This document shows positions 62,084-64,000 of a DNA stretch of 64,000 nucleotides, piece after piece (position 1 is the first letter of the stretch; the number at the start of each line of letters is the position of its first letter). Position numbers and translations under genes: made by a program. The DNA lies in NCBI GenBank assembly GCA_030390025.1, contig JASTWF010000180.1, positions 124,001-188,000 on the forward strand, read 5' to 3'. This stretch comes from Squalus acanthias (lineage: Eukaryota). The notes under the pieces were generated by a model that had not been told where the DNA came from, searched no databases, and was given only the letters and a program-made list of their open reading frames with translations.

Positions 62084-63172
62084 ATGCGGCTCCCCGTTCT
62101 CGCAGTGGTGTGGGTGACATTCATTTTCGGTAAGAAGTTTATAACTTTTAAAAGGGATTCATTTCTAGAGGAATACAATTGAAAAGCAGAGCGGTTACAT
62201 TAAACTTGTATCGAACCTTGGTGAGAACAGACTTGGATTCCTCTGCACAATACTGATCTCCATATTACACAAAGACATGGAGGCACTGGAGAAGGTGCAA
62301 CAAAGATTCACAAGGACGATACCAGAACTGAGAGATTATAACTTCAGTAAAGATTCAACAGGCTGGGGCTCTTTACTCCAGGAAGGAACTGCTTAGGCGC
62401 GACCAGATACACATCTTTAAAATTACGAAGGTGATTGATAGGGTAGACGTAGAGAATATGTTTCCACTTGTGGTGGAGTTCAAAACGCGGCGGCAGAAAT
62501 ATTAGATAATCACAAAAAAATCAATTAGGAAATTCAGTAGAAACGTCTTGACCAAGGTTAGAATGTGGAACTCGTTCCCACAAAGTGTCGTTGAGGCGAA
62601 CAGCATAGATGCGTTTTAGGGGAAGTTAGATAAACGCATGAGGGAGAAAGGATTTGAGCGATATGCTGATAGGGGGAGATGAAGAAGGTTGGGTGGAGGA
62701 TCCTGTGGAGCATAAACACCGGCATAGACCAGTTGGCCGAATGACCTACTTCTGTTCTGTAAATTCTATTTAATTTTATGTAAAACTCGCTGCGCATTTT
62801 CACCGACAGTTCGGTCAAATTTGAACCTTTAATCGATGAGTTCCGCTTTCTTTAACTGTGTTTTCCAGATCTGAGCGATGGAGATTCTGTGACTCAGCGG
62901 GAGCCCTCGCTCACACAGACAGAGGGAGAAGATGCCACTTTAACCTGCACCTATCCCGGAGATGGTTATTACTTGTTCTGGTACCGCCAATACCCAGGCA
63001 GACAGCCCGAATTTGCAGTCCAGAGGTACACGAGCGGCAGTACTGAACATAAGGCGGATTTCGCTCAAGGCCGGTTTTATGATGCAGTCCGGCAGTCAGA
63101 CAAGTTGTACCGATTGACCATCTCGGGTCTGCGGCTGACTGACACCGCGGTGTATTACTGTGCACTGAGGCT
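62084..63172 (+). CDS. TCR alpha/delta-type V segment, family B copy 6 (apparently functional)
   Basis: Leader 62084-62129 (MRLPVLAVVWVTFIF, GTAAGA donor). V exon 62869-63172 is open. RSS CACAGTG(63173)-23-ACAATAACT(63203-63211). Confidence 0.92.
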
Positions 63173-63709
63173 CACAGTGATGGGAACGAGCTAAAGCCTC
63201 GTACAATAACTGCCGCAGGTTTCTGGGTCACAGCTGCTGCCTGTTGTGGGCTGTTTATCACAGCGGGTCAGACACTGATTCGTGACTACATTCCTGTGTG
63301 CGCAGACCCCGAGCAGAATCCACATCAAACTCATATAAAACCGTTCACATCGAATACTGATTCCGTCTGATTATTGTATTAACTGTGAGAGGGCAGCATT
63401 GGCTGCTGTTTATTTGTGTATCTTTGGGAACTCGCCAGTCCCATTGAGAATAAAGACACCTGTGGGTACTGGAACTGGTTATATCGATGCACCGCTGCTT
63501 CGGATATAACGCACGGCAAACGGGACAAATAATGATTGGTTTAAAATATCAGTCTACAGTGTAGACAGAGATAGGTGGTGTGCGTAAGTTCGCAATAATT
63601 CTAATAACGATAATAAGCAATTCTCAATATTAAAGACACTTAACACATATTAACGTTAATGATCTTCTATATTCGCAGGTTCCAGGAGGTCACATTCAGG
63701 ACAAAATTA

Positions 63710-64000
63710 GAACCTATGAAATAGGAGCAGGAATCTGTCATTTGGCTCTTCGAACTTGCTCCGCCATTCAACAAGATCATGGCTAATCTTCCAGCTCAAC
63801 TCCATCTTCCCGCACTATCCCCATATCCCTTAATTACCTTCGTTCCCAAAAATTTATCGACCACTGTCTTGAATATACTCAACGATCGAGCATCCACAGC
63901 TCTCTGGGATACAGAATTCCAAAGATTCACAACCCTTTGAGTGAAGAACTTTCTCCTCATCTCAGTCCTAAATGTCCTATCGCTTATTCTGTGACTGTGA
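63710..64000 (-). mobile_element. CR1 3' end (continues beyond the window)
   Basis: Paralog of 8780-9070. Confidence 0.85.

Noticed and set aside
1-64000. IgH, IgL, IgNAR or NAR-TCR assignment
   Set aside because: No V-D-J-C clusters, no octamer promoters noticed, no leaderless supporting V with a CDR1 Cys. The V ends (YYCALS/R, YFCAM, YLCAV), 23-RSS and CRE-type promoters fit TCR alpha/delta. Alpha versus delta cannot be resolved here.

Overview
Vertebrate antigen-receptor locus. Sequence style, the CR1/Penelope/DeuSINE repeat content and the V-domain sequences point to a cartilaginous fish (shark). The window is part of a germline T-cell receptor alpha/delta-type V-segment array: about 27 V segments or relics from 7 families (labelled A-G here), in both orientations. 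Where an RSS survives it is 23-type. No D, J or confidently identified C exon is present. About 7 segments look intact (four B, one C, one D, one E) and 2 more have open V exons but abnormal leader splice donors. The rest are pseudogenes. The array was built by segmental duplication of a cassette (E-relic/F/A/B/CR1, plus a larger block at about 17.4-29 kb versus about 42.5-56 kb) and is interrupted by CR1/L2-type LINEs, Penelope-like elements carrying minimal hammerhead ribozymes, a TA-targeting MITE, a DeuSINE and minisatellites. Notable oddities: an intron-less leader+V family (D) that keeps its RSS and lies behind a GAGCT-rich switch-like minisatellite; one promoter/leader module shared by two unrelated V families; an orphan leader exon; oriented CTCF motifs near V segments; tandem CRE-decamer and DR5-like promoter arrays; and LINE junctions showing fold-back or templated insertion, or a target deletion fusing two V genes. 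Coordinates were read by hand, and repeat boundaries are approximate.
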